Assembly: GCA_964106645.2 (NCBI GenBank)
Contig: OZ067039.1
DNA from: Podarcis pityusensis
Taxonomy: Eukaryota
Reading direction: 5' to 3' (one strand)
DNA length: 64,000 bases
This document shows, in pieces, positions 24,011-36,643 of this stretch; positions within the stretch are counted from its first letter, which is position 1, and the number at the start of each line of letters is the position of its first letter. Position numbers and translations under genes: made by a program. The notes under the pieces are model-generated. The model had not been told where the DNA came from. It saw nothing but the letters and a program-made list of their open reading frames with translations, and searched no databases.

Positions 24011-24862
24011 GAGGAATTTGCAAAATGTCTCTGTGGCTTCACTGGCCTGGCAGCCCATGGCTGCTGTTCCTGGTGGGGCGGTTGTGGGTTCAGTTGCCGT
24101 ACCCGCTGCTGTGATGCCAGGCTTGGGTGTCTGTGGGCATGATTTGAATGTGAGGAGTTGCCAGGATTAGTTCAAAAGCCAACCCTGTTCTCGCGGGTGG
24201 GAGAAGAGGAAGGGAGGGGGAGGTTACACGGTTTTTTGTAATTTCTTTCAGTTGCTTTATTATTATTTTAAACGCATGACATAGACCTGTAAAACAAATA
24301 AATGGAAATATTGGGGTAAGAGCCATAATTGATTGGGAGGGCACATTGAAGTCCAGGGTTTAATCCCTTGTGTCTCCAGTTAAAATACAAAATTGAGGTA
24401 GCAAGGCTCACCCTGGGGAGAGTCAGAGAAGACAGTGGTGGACTATGTAGGCTCATGAGCTGACTTTAAATAATAAGGCAGTTTCATGTGTCAATATTTT
24501 AGTAGGTTCAGTAACTGGTGGAGTTGCATCTGGGAACAGTTTCTCACCATGCTGCTACTAAAGGCACTGGATTACTGTTGAAATACATTATAATCTTGTT
24601 CAAAATACCATAGCATAAATTTGTACCAAATCCCATTTTAGAGTTTAGCTTGCTTTGGAAGAGTACTGCTTTGAGAATGATGAAGCTAAAATGGTGGAGG
24701 GGAAGTATCTCTAGATCCAACTATCAGTTTATAGCTGATTCTGTGATTAGACGTGTTAAGATTTTGCCAGCATTGTTTAAAGATTTCATATCTGTTGCCA
24801 TATGTAATTTTTCTTTCTGTGTTTGTTTGTTGAAGGCAGAAAATCAACTTTGTAAGCTCAAC

Positions 24863-25177
24863 ATGGAATCTGAAGATTCAATTTCTCCTGAAAAATTAGT
24901 TGAGGGTTTGAAACTCTCAGAGGAACAAAGCAGTCCTTCACAGCCAGGTTGTAATAATGTGCATGTCCCCAAAATCGCCAAAGAAGGAGTGACTCAGCTG
25001 CCTCACTCTGAGTCCAGAGAAGACGAAGACCTCTTCCATGACTGTAATGACTCTTTTGAAGCAGGAGTGGCAGAAGAGAATCACAATAATAAGGCAGATC
25101 CTTTAGAAAATGAAATAGAGCTAGATGAAAAGGACTTATTAGAACTAGAGAAAAATATGTCTGAGGAAGAAAAACAG
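24863..25177 (+). CDS. TTC1: TTC1 first coding exon (exon starts ~24836)
   Basis: ACATGG start; CAG/gtatgc donor. Confidence 0.88.
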
Positions 25178-27004
25178 GTATGCTTTAATGAAACTACAAA
25201 TGTTTCTTTAACATTGTGTTGATTAGCACTCTGATTTTAATGATATTTCTTTGGAAGTATGTCCCATTGATTTAAGTGCAACAAAGTTCCAAGGAGTATG
25301 TTTTGAATTTTAGCTTTTCTAGTATTCACCGTATGTTTTAAAAAATGAAATCTTTCAACATATAGTCCTGCTCTTTTTTAAATTGGAAATAGCATTTGTT
25401 GATTTCAGTCAAATTTACTCCCACCTACAGCAACCAATTCCTGTTCATGCTTTTTTGGAAGTAAATCCTTTTCAGCTTAGTGGGGCTTATTGGCAAGTGT
25501 GCAATGAAATCATTGTGCATGCAGAACTACTTAAATGAATCCATTGTGCTCTTGGAAGTCATTCCATGCACACAATGATTTAGTTGGATTGCAATCTTTT
25601 CAGGGCACAGGTTCACACCCCCCCCCCCCGTTTTATGGATGAGGTTTGGAGGGTTTGTGATTAAATTCCAGCACTGTGACTCTCCCCACCCACAGCTTAA
25701 GTGTCATTTGTCAAGATATAGGAAAACAAGAAATGTCTATGCATTCCTTTATGTCAGCCTTCCCCAACCTGATGCCCTCCAGATATTTTGGACTACTACT
25801 CCCATCAGTCCTAGCCATCACAGCACCAAGTTAGGGAATGTTGCTACATGTGATTGCAAGCAGACTCATTATTTCCTCATTTTTGTCTGTGTTATCCATA
25901 TTTGCCAGAGACACCGACTTTTCCTTTACCACTCCTTTGTTGTGTTTCTGTTTGTCTTCTGATTATTCTTCCACTTGCTCTCTGTCATCCTAAAACAGAA
26001 ATGGGCAGTGTGTGCCTGCCGGACAATTGTGTGCAGGCTGTACTTTTTAAAAAATTCTTGTGTTAGACTCTTCTAGATTTTTAAGTGCCGTTTGACTTAT
26101 CTGAGTTGTCTGATTCATTTCAGGATTTAGAAAAGGCAACTGTTAAAAGTTTAAAAAGCTGTGCTTGTTGGTGGTGGGTAAGATTTTTCCTAAGGTCAGA
26201 ATTGCTAGAAGACACATATAATCTTGCTTGTTTGTGACATGATTGTCTGGATTTGGGCTTTTCACCTTTGCAAGCAATGCTTATTCAGTAGCAAGAATAT
26301 TCATCTAAAATAAAAGTTAATCTTTTAATTATTTTGTTATGTTTATCATTCAACAAAAGCAACAGTGGTTTTGTCAATCAGTTTATGTGCAATGAACAAA
26401 GGGTAGGTTGGGGAATTCTGAGACTGGATAACTAAGGTTAATAAAGGGATTAAAATGCATTCCTCAAGCAAGGCTGCTTTTTAGGGTTCAGACACAGTCA
26501 TTTCTCCTTTTATATCAAGAAAGATGTGCAACAGTGACTCAGCAGTATATAAACAACAAGGCCTCTGTTTGCATTTAAAAACAAAATCAGATTCTTCACT
26601 GGGTAACATACAACTCGTGTCTAGTAAAGCTAAACTCTCTATTATATTAAAATTGTGTAAATATTTACTTTGCAGAGTTATCTTTCTGCTAGTCATTAGA
26701 TGAGCAAGGTTGGTTGTACTTACACGCTTACTGCTGGACTGCTTGTATCTTTTTAGCTTTCAGCCATGGTTAATGACAGAAAAATATTATCAAGGAAGTG
26801 CATTCCTGTTCAAATGTATGTTTCCTAACCTGTAATATTTTCCCTTACATTCAAATTTTTGGTTCCCATCAATTACCAGCAAAACCACAAAACTAAATTT
26901 TATTTTCATCCAATGAATGCTTACTAAAATTTGGAGGTGTATGGCTGGGTAGTAGAAAATGTTGTTGGCCCTGATTTCTCTAAAAGAGAAAGGAAATCAT
27001 TAAT

Positions 27005-27036
<32 letters not shown>

Positions 27037-30000
27037 GCTCTGTTAACTTTTCTCTAATTGAATAGGAATTTTTTGGCTGTATATATTTGAAAGATTATAA
27101 CTTTCCTTTCATTAAAAAGGAAGTTTTTCCCCACAGTAAAAAAATGGAAAACCTCCATGGTAAGGCACTTCAAAAAATCCAGAGAATAAAATGAAATTTA
27201 TCTTATGACAGTTCCTTTCTGTACTGTGGTAGCAAGCTAAATCCTAAGTGTGTTGGGCAATCAGTTTTAAGTAGTGTGCATTAAAGCAGAGAATGAACAA
27301 AAAGAGATAGGTGTGTGTGTTGATACACCTGATTTCAAGTTAAATGCAGGGTCTGTTGCCTTTCAAGTCCTCTATTTATTGGCTGAGCTCTTATGATGTC
27401 ACAGGACCTGAACTAGGAAGCAGAAATTGGCTCAGCAGCCAGGAAAGTAGTATGCTGGCTGTCATGGATGTGAGGATGAAAGAACTATTGTGGGGCGGGG
27501 GGGGGGGAACCTTAGGGAATGGGGAGAGGGCAGAAAAGATGAGGAACTAGAGACCAGTGGAAAGAGGATTAAAGGGGGAGGAGGGGGCCAAGGGAAGGAA
27601 TGGATAGAGAGGCAGAGGTTTGAAAAAGTTGAGAAATTAGTAAAAGAGGTAGAAGGTGTTGGTGGCTAGACATCTTCCTGCCTCCACAAGACATTGGTTG
27701 AGCTCCTGTGTCACAGGGTAGTCCAGGTTGGAAAGTCTTAAATGGGATTTGGGAACAAAGAGCATGTGGTAGTTAGTGAAAAGAGATGGAGGGCTGTAAT
27801 TCTTGAAAGCTTATTTTTCCACAAAAGTTGACTGTTCCTTGTTTTACCAAAGAACATATAGCAGAAATAATCATAAACAATAATCAGTTTCTATGTACAT
27901 TAGGTCAGTTCTTCATTCACTTTTTTTCCCTCCCAAGTGGGTGAATAGTTTTTGTGGTTGGAACTACAAGACTGAGGTCAAACAACTCCAGCCTTGGTTT
28001 GGGGAAGTCTCTATTGGCCTTAGTGCCTCATCTGTAAAATGCAAAGTGACCTCTGTTTCACAGGATTCAGAGAAAAAGAAATTATTTTATTTTATTTTTA
28101 ATGTAAAAAATTTGTCATAAACAAGCACTTGGTAGGTTCTCCTTGCCTAAGGAAGAGCCTCCAACCAATTTGCTATGGTTATGGTTTGCCTACTGTTTGC
28201 ATTTGTGGATAGCCAAGCCTCAAGAACTCTTGGGTCTTTTTGGCGGGGAGAAAACTTCACTCAAATTTTGAAACATGTCTCCTTTTTAGAAATCAGAACA
28301 TTAAAAAGTATGTACAAAATAGCTAGGCAAAATACTAAATAATAGATGGGTTTTTGGATAGTTTTTTCCATATTTCAGGTTGCAGTTTCCATTGTGATAT
28401 CAAATAATAAGCTATTTTGCTTACTTGCTTCAGATATTTATTATGTGGTCTTCTTTGTATTACAGAGGAGAAGAAATGAGAGCACAAAATTAAAAGAAGA
28501 AGGAAATGAACAGTTCAAGAAAGGAGGTGGGTGAATTACAACTATGTAATACCCAAATTGTGGTCAGTCTAAAGACAAATGCTATGTAGAATTTGTCATC
28601 TGTGCAGGTGATTGATGCGGTCCTTATAGGTGTTTATGTAGTCTTCTTATGACCAGCCATATCTGGAATACCTACCCCTGGAGAAGACTTCATTTTATAC
28701 CTTACCATTGTATTTGGGAATTCTCTTTTAAGGGTTCTGGGAGTTAAGATCCCAGAACTGCAGTCATACTTGTGCTTACTTGGGATTAAATCCATTGTAG
28801 ATTTTGAGGCAACTGTGCCATTGATTGTTCCCCCCCTTCAATCAGTCTTGGGAAAACAGCTCTGAGCGAGTTGTTGCCATTTTCTTAAATATGTTTAGTA
28901 CTTCTGCAAAGCAAACCTCGGGATTCCCCATATCCTGCTGAAAGTCTTCTTGTTGTCTTTGGATGGTGCCATTTTGGGGCGCATAAAGGTTGGCACTCAG
29001 AGAATGAGTGCACTTTCAGCAAGGGTCTTCACATTTTGTTTGACCTTAATAGATGGGCTTGCCATCACTCTGTTTTATTCTGAAGAAATACATCACACCA
29101 TGCTCTAGGCCCAGTGACTTGATGGTGGGGGGAATCCCTTGCGCTCTTCTCTAGCTCAGTGCTGGGAAGCAGGGTAAGGAGCCATACTACTTGTGCTGAA
29201 TCACAGAGCTTGTCCAAAAGTAGAAAGGTCTTCTTGCCTCTCCAGTATCTCCAAGGCTTGGTGTACTGTCAGGAGAATAGACCTTGGCTACCAGTATCTG
29301 CATTCCAGGTTGCCAGAATTATATTTTACAAAGTGTATTTGTGGAGCTTTGCCCTACTCTTAACTCCTCCCTTAATGATGTCTCCTAATTGCCTTGGGGT
29401 AGTCCTATCTACCATGAGCAGCTCCTTACCTATGTTAAAGATGTTGTAATGTGCTATGACTGGCCCCTAAGCCCTCAAAAGGGTTGGTTTGAGATTCTGA
29501 ACATTTGGTAATGCTTCTAGCTATCCTTATGACTGTTGCTCGGACTGGGATACATTGCTTTTTTGTTTGTTTTAGCAGTGTATTTTTTCTGAAAAATTAA
29601 ATTGGGGGTGGGGGCAGGATGTGATGCTAGGCATGCCTTCAAGGCATCAATTCTTGTGTGTGCACTTACTGTCTTCGATCTTGACATTTCATTTAAACTG
29701 CAGAATATAAAGAAGCTGAAGATGCTTATGCAAGAGCTCTGCAGGTTTGTCCAGCCTGCTGTAACACAGACAGATCCATTTTGTATTCAAACAGAGCTGC
29801 AGCAAGAATGAAACAGGTAATGCCCAAGACAGTGAAGTAGCAAGAATGAATGAATGTGATTATTGTTTTCATCTTCCCTTTCAGCTATAAACTTGACAGC
29901 TGAAGGCATTTTGTTTTCTTAGACTTTTTTCTCACTGTGGGAGAACACGGGAACAGTGCTGAGTAGAAAAAGTAAAACTGGGACCTCTGTTAAGTAGGCA

Positions 30001-33000
30001 GGTCAGCACAGTCTTACTTCCAGACTTAAGAGGTTTCCTCTGACCTTTGGCACATGTCATGACTCATGAGTGACCAGTCTTTTCCTCACTTGGGGAAGTG
30101 GTAGAGATGGACGGGGCTTGGGCAGTTGCGCAGCAGTTCCTGCCAGCTCCAGAGTTGTGGTTGCCTGGAGTTCCTCATCCAAGCTCGGCCAACCCTGCAA
30201 CCCCCAGGGCAAGAAAGGCAGGCAAGGAAGGTTGAATGCTGCTGCTCAACCAGGCGTGCTTCCTAATGGCTCTTCTCTTGAGTGAGGTGGGCAGGGAGGT
30301 GCTCCATGCTTCTGCTTGAAGGTGTTTGGGATGCTTTCAAGCAGCAGTGAACAACCTGATGCGTTCCTCCTTGGTCCTTCCATTGAGAAGGGGGTGTTGG
30401 ATGCTGATGCTGGAAGGCAACTTCAGGCAAACCGGGTGTGCTGTCCTTGGGAAAGATTGATGCGGGGTGGTGGGGCTTGCTAAGCAAGGATGTTCACTGG
30501 AAACTACAATATTTGGCATGACCAGCAAGGCCAGCCAGCCAAAAACTCTACCATACCAACTATTTAAATCAAGAGAGTAAATCAATGTTAACACGGTCTA
30601 TTGCATCAACAATTTTGATTGTATTCCTAGTATGCTTTTATTTTACTTATTGCTGAATGTACAGCAGAATGTCCAGCAGTTTGGTACATTTGCATGCCGT
30701 AAGTCCCCTTGTGGAAGAGCTCGCCAACAAATGCTGATCATACTTTTCTTAGCCTCTAAGTAGTTTAGCCAAATTAGTCCCCTCACAGCTTTAGAATAAG
30801 TCATCCAGAATATTCTGTTACACTGCAAACATTAAAATATGTGAATAAGTATCACAAAGAATAAGTATTTAGCATTTCTATAAAAATACTATTTGGTGTT
30901 AAATGTTAATGCCACCTCTTCTTTTACAGGACAAGAGGGAAATTGCCATAAGTGACTGCAGCAAAGGTACTGTTTTCCTGTTCTTGTGCTCTGTTAAAAG
31001 CATGTTGTCTTGGTAAGAATGTTATCTACTTGAGAGGCACCCCACCAGCGGAGGTATAGAGATGAACCCAGTTAAAAATGGTGATGGAGGTGGAATTTGC
31101 TCTAATCAGTTGGCAGTTGCTGACATTCTTTTATTGACATCTAATATCTCTTTGGAAGTTGCTGTGTTCTTTGTCATAGCAATTTTCTGTGGAGTTCCAT
31201 AATTCAGTTTTCCACTAGCTAAATACAGATTTTTGCTTCTGGAACTATTGATTCAGCATTCCCACTTTTATTTTAGGTAAAAGTTTATTATCTGGAGGCT
31301 TTTTATGTGAAGCTTTTAGTGTATATTATATCCAGCCTCCCTGCCTACATGTCTCTCAGTATGCTTTTGTTCATGTCGTGTGATTTCTTCTGTCCTCCTT
31401 TCACACTTGTACTTTATCACCCCTAAAATGGTCAGTTTCCTTCATTCCTCCTCCCTGCTCCTTTTACGTGTCCTTCTCCCTCCTAGAACAACATTCCTCT
31501 TTTACCTCCTGTCTTCTTATTCCAAATTTGTTTTCTCTCTCTTAAATTATTCACCTTTTATGACTTTCTAGTTTTCTTCAACATCTCCTGTAGCCCTTTC
31601 CTCTTGGAAGGAGCCCCCCCCCGCCACTGGAGGGGTCTCCAGTGGTCTTCCAACCACCTTTATTCAGCTGGCGCTAGCATTGGTCTAACCAAAGAGCTAT
31701 CACATGTACAGAGATGTGAGGCAGAGAGACTGGGTAGCTTGTGGAACTAAGACCCACTTGAAAGCAGATTGAGACCCACAGGTGGTTCCTGGCCCATGGA
31801 ATGAGTGAGGTTGGGGAGCTGCATTTGGCTGACCCCTGCAGGCCAAATTTGATAGATGGGTGGGTGCTGCCCACCTGTTAATTAACTGGTGTCTTAAGAT
31901 GGCAGGCGACCCATTTTTGCCAGCATGGTTTGAAATCAGACCATACAGTCAAAGGCACAGCGTTCAAAGTGCCAACGATTAGCTGGTCATCAGGTATTGT
32001 CCTGAGTGATGGAGTATCCAGCTAGCCTCACTCCTGCTAGAGCAGAGCTGCTTGTTTTCCTTTAAGATCCACATGGACACGCATGTGTAGCATGAAATCA
32101 TGCTGTGTATATGGCTTGATCTTGCACTTAGAAAGTAAATCAAGTTCAAGATGGTCCACAAAGGGTTTTGATCACTTATATTTGCTATAACTGTACATTG
32201 AAGCAAACAGTAAAATGATTATTAACCCATTTGCGTATGGTTCACACTAGATCATAGCTTCTACTGCCAGCACTATCCTATAGCCTGAGGCTAGCTAAAC
32301 TAGAACATGCTGCAGATGCCCTAGGCTTTGAAGTAAAAAGTTTCCTACCTCAGTTTTTCTGCTGTTTCTTTAATTCTGTTTTATAGCCCTGGAATTAAAT
32401 CCAAACTATATCAAGGCACTGCTCAGGAGAGCAGAACTATATGAAAAAACAGAAAAGCTGGATGAAGCTTTAGAAGACTACAAAAACTTGTTGGAAAAAG
32501 ACCCATCAATCCATCAAGCAAGAGAAGCTTGTATGGTAAGCGTCTTTCCCTCCCCAAATAATGGAGTGAATAGCTCCTGGTAACTGTTGGACATAAGTAT
32601 TAAATCTTAAAGGTAAAGGCATGCATTACCAGGATGACAGCCTACCATACTTTTAAAACTGGAAAAAGTATGACCAGATTACTTTATTCCCATATTTAAG
32701 TCCAAAATGAAACTTCATTTCTAAGAAGGAAGAACTGACCTACAGTAAGCTTTTAGAGATGGAACCATTGATCATAGTTTAAAATCTCAAAGCTGTAAAC
32801 CCCTTCCTCATTGCTTCAACAGATAATTCAAGAGAGTAATCTAGAAGACCATAATAACATTTCAGGGAGTAATAAAACAATGAAAATTGTCTAGTTCAGA
32901 GGTGACACCTTTTAACAGAAGGTACTGCTCTTTGAGTTTATTTTTAGTACACTACTTTGCAACTTTCAGTACACTAGTTTGTAACCCTGAAGACATCAAC

Positions 33001-35338
33001 AATCAGACCATGAATTAATAAGGGTTTCACATGTATTGACCCAACGTTGATCTATCAGAAATTTGCTCCAAAGTAATGTTTTTAGGGGCAACCTTGTGTC
33101 TGGCATGTGCTGTAATTTTAGCCAGTACAGAAGCAAGACACTGTGGACAGTATAGAAAATAACCTCAAATCTCACAATGACGATGGGAGTTCCATGTGGG
33201 AAGTTCAAGAGTGATCTCCAAAAGAAATTTTGGGTGGTTTCCAGTTTGGAAGCATTTACTCAACCAAAGACTTCTGCACCATAAAATGACTTACAAAGTA
33301 GTTCTTCACGTATAAAGTAGCAGTGCAGCGCTCCAGTGAGTTCTGGCTATGAGTGTGTCCCCTGTGTTTTTTCATGCAAAGTCATGCATCAAGCCATGCA
33401 TAGTATGTGTCATGGGTAAAAAAACAGGTTGTCAAAGCCAACTTTGAAGAATTGATTCTCTTGTTTGTTTTTCTTAGCGATTGCCAAGACAAATAGAAGA
33501 ACGCAATGAGAAGCTTAAGGAAGAGATGTTGGGTAAGTGGCACTGGTATCCAGCTTGGTTGTGTGGTAGCTTCCATACATTGGTATAAAGCATGAATTTC
33601 TTACACAACCATCCCTGCAGACAAATTAATGACTTCTCTTACTACTCTAGGACAGACTTACCCCTGAAATCTCTGGGTTTCAGAGATCCTCATTTTTCAC
33701 AACATTGATGCCCCATCTTAGACCATCCCAACTCCACAAACATCAAGGCTTATTGAACGTTACTTTTAAGCTGCTGATTTGACAACTGTTGTTGAAAATG
33801 GGCAATCAGATATATTTGTTCTGATCTAGACATCTATGGGTGTTGTAGTATGTGTGGATCATCTCCCCCCCCCCCCCGATTTTTGGGATGGGAGTGTCTG
33901 CACTGGGCCTTCTTGAGCCCAACAGGGGAAGCAGTGGCAGCTACTCATGAATGTCGCAGTAGGTATGCAGGTTGTGGGTAATGGGTGTGTGGGGGAGACG
34001 CATTCTGAGAGGCAAACTCCCAATAGATTCATATTAGAGAGTACCTCTGGATTGCATAGTGACCACCATCCAGAATCAGAGAAACAGTTGACAGGTTCAT
34101 TTCTGCCAGACACTCGTAGCTGAGCAGGATACTGAGTGCAGAATCTCCCTTCCCTCTTGTGCTGGCGAGAAGAAAGGGCAGTCAGTGAAGAATACCTGTC
34201 TCCAGGAGTCTGACCTGATTGGTCATGTGGTTCTGGTCACAATCTCCTTTTTAGTAAGATGCTGTGCCTCAACACCAATGTTTACACACTATGCTGCATG
34301 CTCAGTTTGAAATTATGTCGAGGGTGTAGATGATAATGCTTATTAGAATGAAAGGCAAAGCAAACAGAATTATGAATTAGTCTCTCCTACATTTCAACTG
34401 CCATGGCTAACATTTGCTTCACTATCTGTAGCACAGCAGTTGAAAGGCAGCAAGTTTCTGAACATAATATTGAACCCCAAAATGCCATACAACTACTCTT
34501 TCAGTTTTAGCAGTTTTAGGCATTTGAATATGACAGAAGGAAAATGTTTTGTGCTGCTTCTTCAAAAGTTGCATCTACAAGAGCTGTTCATTCGAACCAA
34601 TTCTTAAGCCTCTGGTCCCGGGCCAGTGTGTTCAGTTTATACAAACTTTTATGTGCCTTCTTATCTCTTACCCATGTGTTTTGTTTCATGTTGATAGTTC
34701 ATGGCCTTCAGGCAGGCTTTATTTAGGTTTTGGGTTTTTTTTACTTGCTCTGTAACTTCTGCCTAAGAACCATTTGGTTTCAGCACTTTTTTTAGGGTTA
34801 CTACAACTTCTTAGCAAGTTTGAAAGTTACTTTATTAGCTATAAGGAAAACACTGTTCTCAAAGATTAATTACTTTTGGAGACAAAATGATCATACATGC
34901 ACACTAGATAAGTTTTGAATAGGCACAGTGCTTAACACTAATGTAGGTAACTTGTGACAGAGGACTAAACAAGGTTTCAAGCATGTGGAGCCCATCTTTC
35001 CAAATGACAGACCATCTACTGTTGCTTAAGTGTCATGAGGCAGGTGCTGTACAGAACATAATCACTCCTGTGTTAGCACTCTTGAACAATGGAATGCTTG
35101 CAGCCAATTCATTGTGGAGTGTTCAAGCAGCACGGAACATTGCTTCATTACTGACCTTGTACATGTTGGGAAGTACATTTCTTTTTGTGTGTGTATTGCA
35201 GGCAAACTGAAAGATCTTGGCAACTTGGTTCTGCGCCCTTTTGGCCTATCAACAGAGAACTTCCAGGTGAAACAGGATTCCTCAACTGGCTCGTACTCTA
35301 TCAACTTTGTTCAAAATCCAAATAACAACAACCGATAA
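24863..35338 (+). CDS. TTC1: Tetratricopeptide repeat protein 1; join(24863..25177,28466..28526,29704..29816,30930..30966,32387..32535,33478..33532,35202..35338), 288 aa
   Basis: Seven GT-AG exons with consistent phases, 867 nt. Acidic N-terminus, TPR motifs ([15 protein letters not shown]; [11 protein letters not shown]; [20 protein letters not shown]) and C-terminus [39 protein letters not shown] match recalled TTC1; adjacent to PWWP2A as in mammals. Confidence 0.95.
27009..27036. repeat. (AT)n microsatellite
   Basis: Direct observation. Confidence 0.9.
28466..28526 (+). CDS. TTC1: TTC1 coding exon 2
   Basis: ttacag acceptor; [20 protein letters not shown]; G/gtgggt donor. Confidence 0.92.
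29704..29816 (+). CDS. TTC1: TTC1 coding exon 3
   Basis: [38 protein letters not shown]; gtaatg donor. Confidence 0.93.
30930..30966 (+). CDS. TTC1: TTC1 coding exon 4 (37 nt)
   Basis: cttttacag acceptor; [12 protein letters not shown]; gtactg donor. Confidence 0.9.
32387..32535 (+). CDS. TTC1: TTC1 coding exon 5
   Basis: [50 protein letters not shown]; gtaagc donor. Confidence 0.93.
33478..33532 (+). CDS. TTC1: TTC1 coding exon 6
   Basis: [18 protein letters not shown]; gtaagt donor. Confidence 0.92.
35202..35338 (+). CDS. TTC1: TTC1 last coding exon
   Basis: [22 protein letters not shown]...NNNR*. Confidence 0.94.
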
Positions 35339-35753
35339 CATAAGCCCAACCCACTCCTGGTAAAAAGTGTGGCATTGGAATTGTGGCGTTTCAATGAATG
35401 CAGAAAGAGGGTGAATTAAAACTTTTAAGTCCTAACATCTTTATCTAAATATGAAGATTTGAACATAGTCTCATGCATTTCTCTTCTATAAGGTACTTTT
35501 TACAGGTGTGGGTGAATAGAGTGAAGTGGTCTGACTTCCGCTGCCATCTTAGATGCACTTTATTTGGGCACTCTTTATCCTCCCTTGTGATGAAGGGGGA
35601 GGAGTGTTTGGCTTTGCTAAATAGAAGAATCCAGTGTTCCCATACCTGTAACTAAAGTACAACCATTTTGTGTGTTCATGGAGTTTGCAGCGTATGTGCG
35701 TGAATGAGAGGGCTGATCCCTTTCTATTCAGAGAGGACACTTTTACTAAGTGT

Positions 35754-35759
35754 AATAAA
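35754..35759 (+). terminator. TTC1: Candidate TTC1 polyadenylation signal
   Basis: First AATAAA ~420 nt after the stop, followed by GT/T-rich sequence. Confidence 0.55.
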
Positions 35760-36579
35760 GCATTGATGGTATTGTGGTCTGCATTCTGTTGCCTTCTTAT
35801 TCAAAGGAACATATGAATGCTTTTCCTATAAATGTAGTATACTGTATAAAATAGCCTGGGTGTAATTGGAGCTATCAAAAGCTGCAATTGTGTTGGTGTT
35901 TATCTCTGTAAATGAATCAAGGCCTTGATAATTCTATCCATTTAGTGCTTGGGGGTTTGGTTTTTTTGTTTGTTTGTTTTTGGAGGGGGCAGTGACAGAG
36001 GCAGTTGGCAAACTATAACAACCTGTGGCAATATCAATACAAAAAATGCTGGCACAAGTTCTTGACTGTGCATCTGCTGTACTTACAATACCATTTTCTA
36101 CAGCTTGTTCGTATCCCAGCACCACTTTGAGATAATCATGTCCGAGCTCCTAAGGCAGGCAAAGAAGCTCTCTACTTAATTCTCCATAACATAAACAACA
36201 GTTCAGCTGTTGGCAGTATTACAGCTGCTAATGAAGTAGCAGATTTGCAAACCTGGTACAGAATGAGCCTGTTGCAAGGGGGAGGAAGAAACCTTGTAGC
36301 CTATTCGGTTGGAAATATCCTGCAACACAAGTGTGTGTTCTGTTTTTATTTCAGAATGTTCCACCCACCTTTCACAAGAGTTTTCAAGGTAGTTAACTAA
36401 ACATATTAAAAATCTATATTCGAAATAAAGAAAGCAGATATAAACACCGTGATAATTTAAAAAACACTTACAAATTCTTCATTTAGTGCTGAAAAGTTAG
36501 CCCTGGCTGTAGAGGAACATTCCAGAAGCAGGGGACACCAAAATGAAGGCCCAGTCCTTTGTGCTAGCAACAGAAACAT

Positions 36580-36643
36580 TGTAATCACACATAGGATTGC
36601 AGTGTTAGCTGTTTATCAATCTGCAATCCTATGTGTGATTACA
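36580..36643. repeat. Perfect 23-bp inverted repeat with 18-nt spacer
   Basis: TGTAATCACACATAGGATTGCAG (36580-36602) is the exact reverse complement of 36621-36643. Confidence 0.9.

Noticed and set aside
24650-24862. N-terminal part of the 190-aa ORF upstream of the TTC1 ATG
   Set aside because: Runs through the polypyrimidine tract/acceptor at ~24835; it is intron plus 5' UTR.
30070-30594. GC-richer ORF cluster in a TTC1 intron, as a possible retrocopy
   Set aside because: No identifiable protein in any frame; no poly(A) tail or TSD seen.
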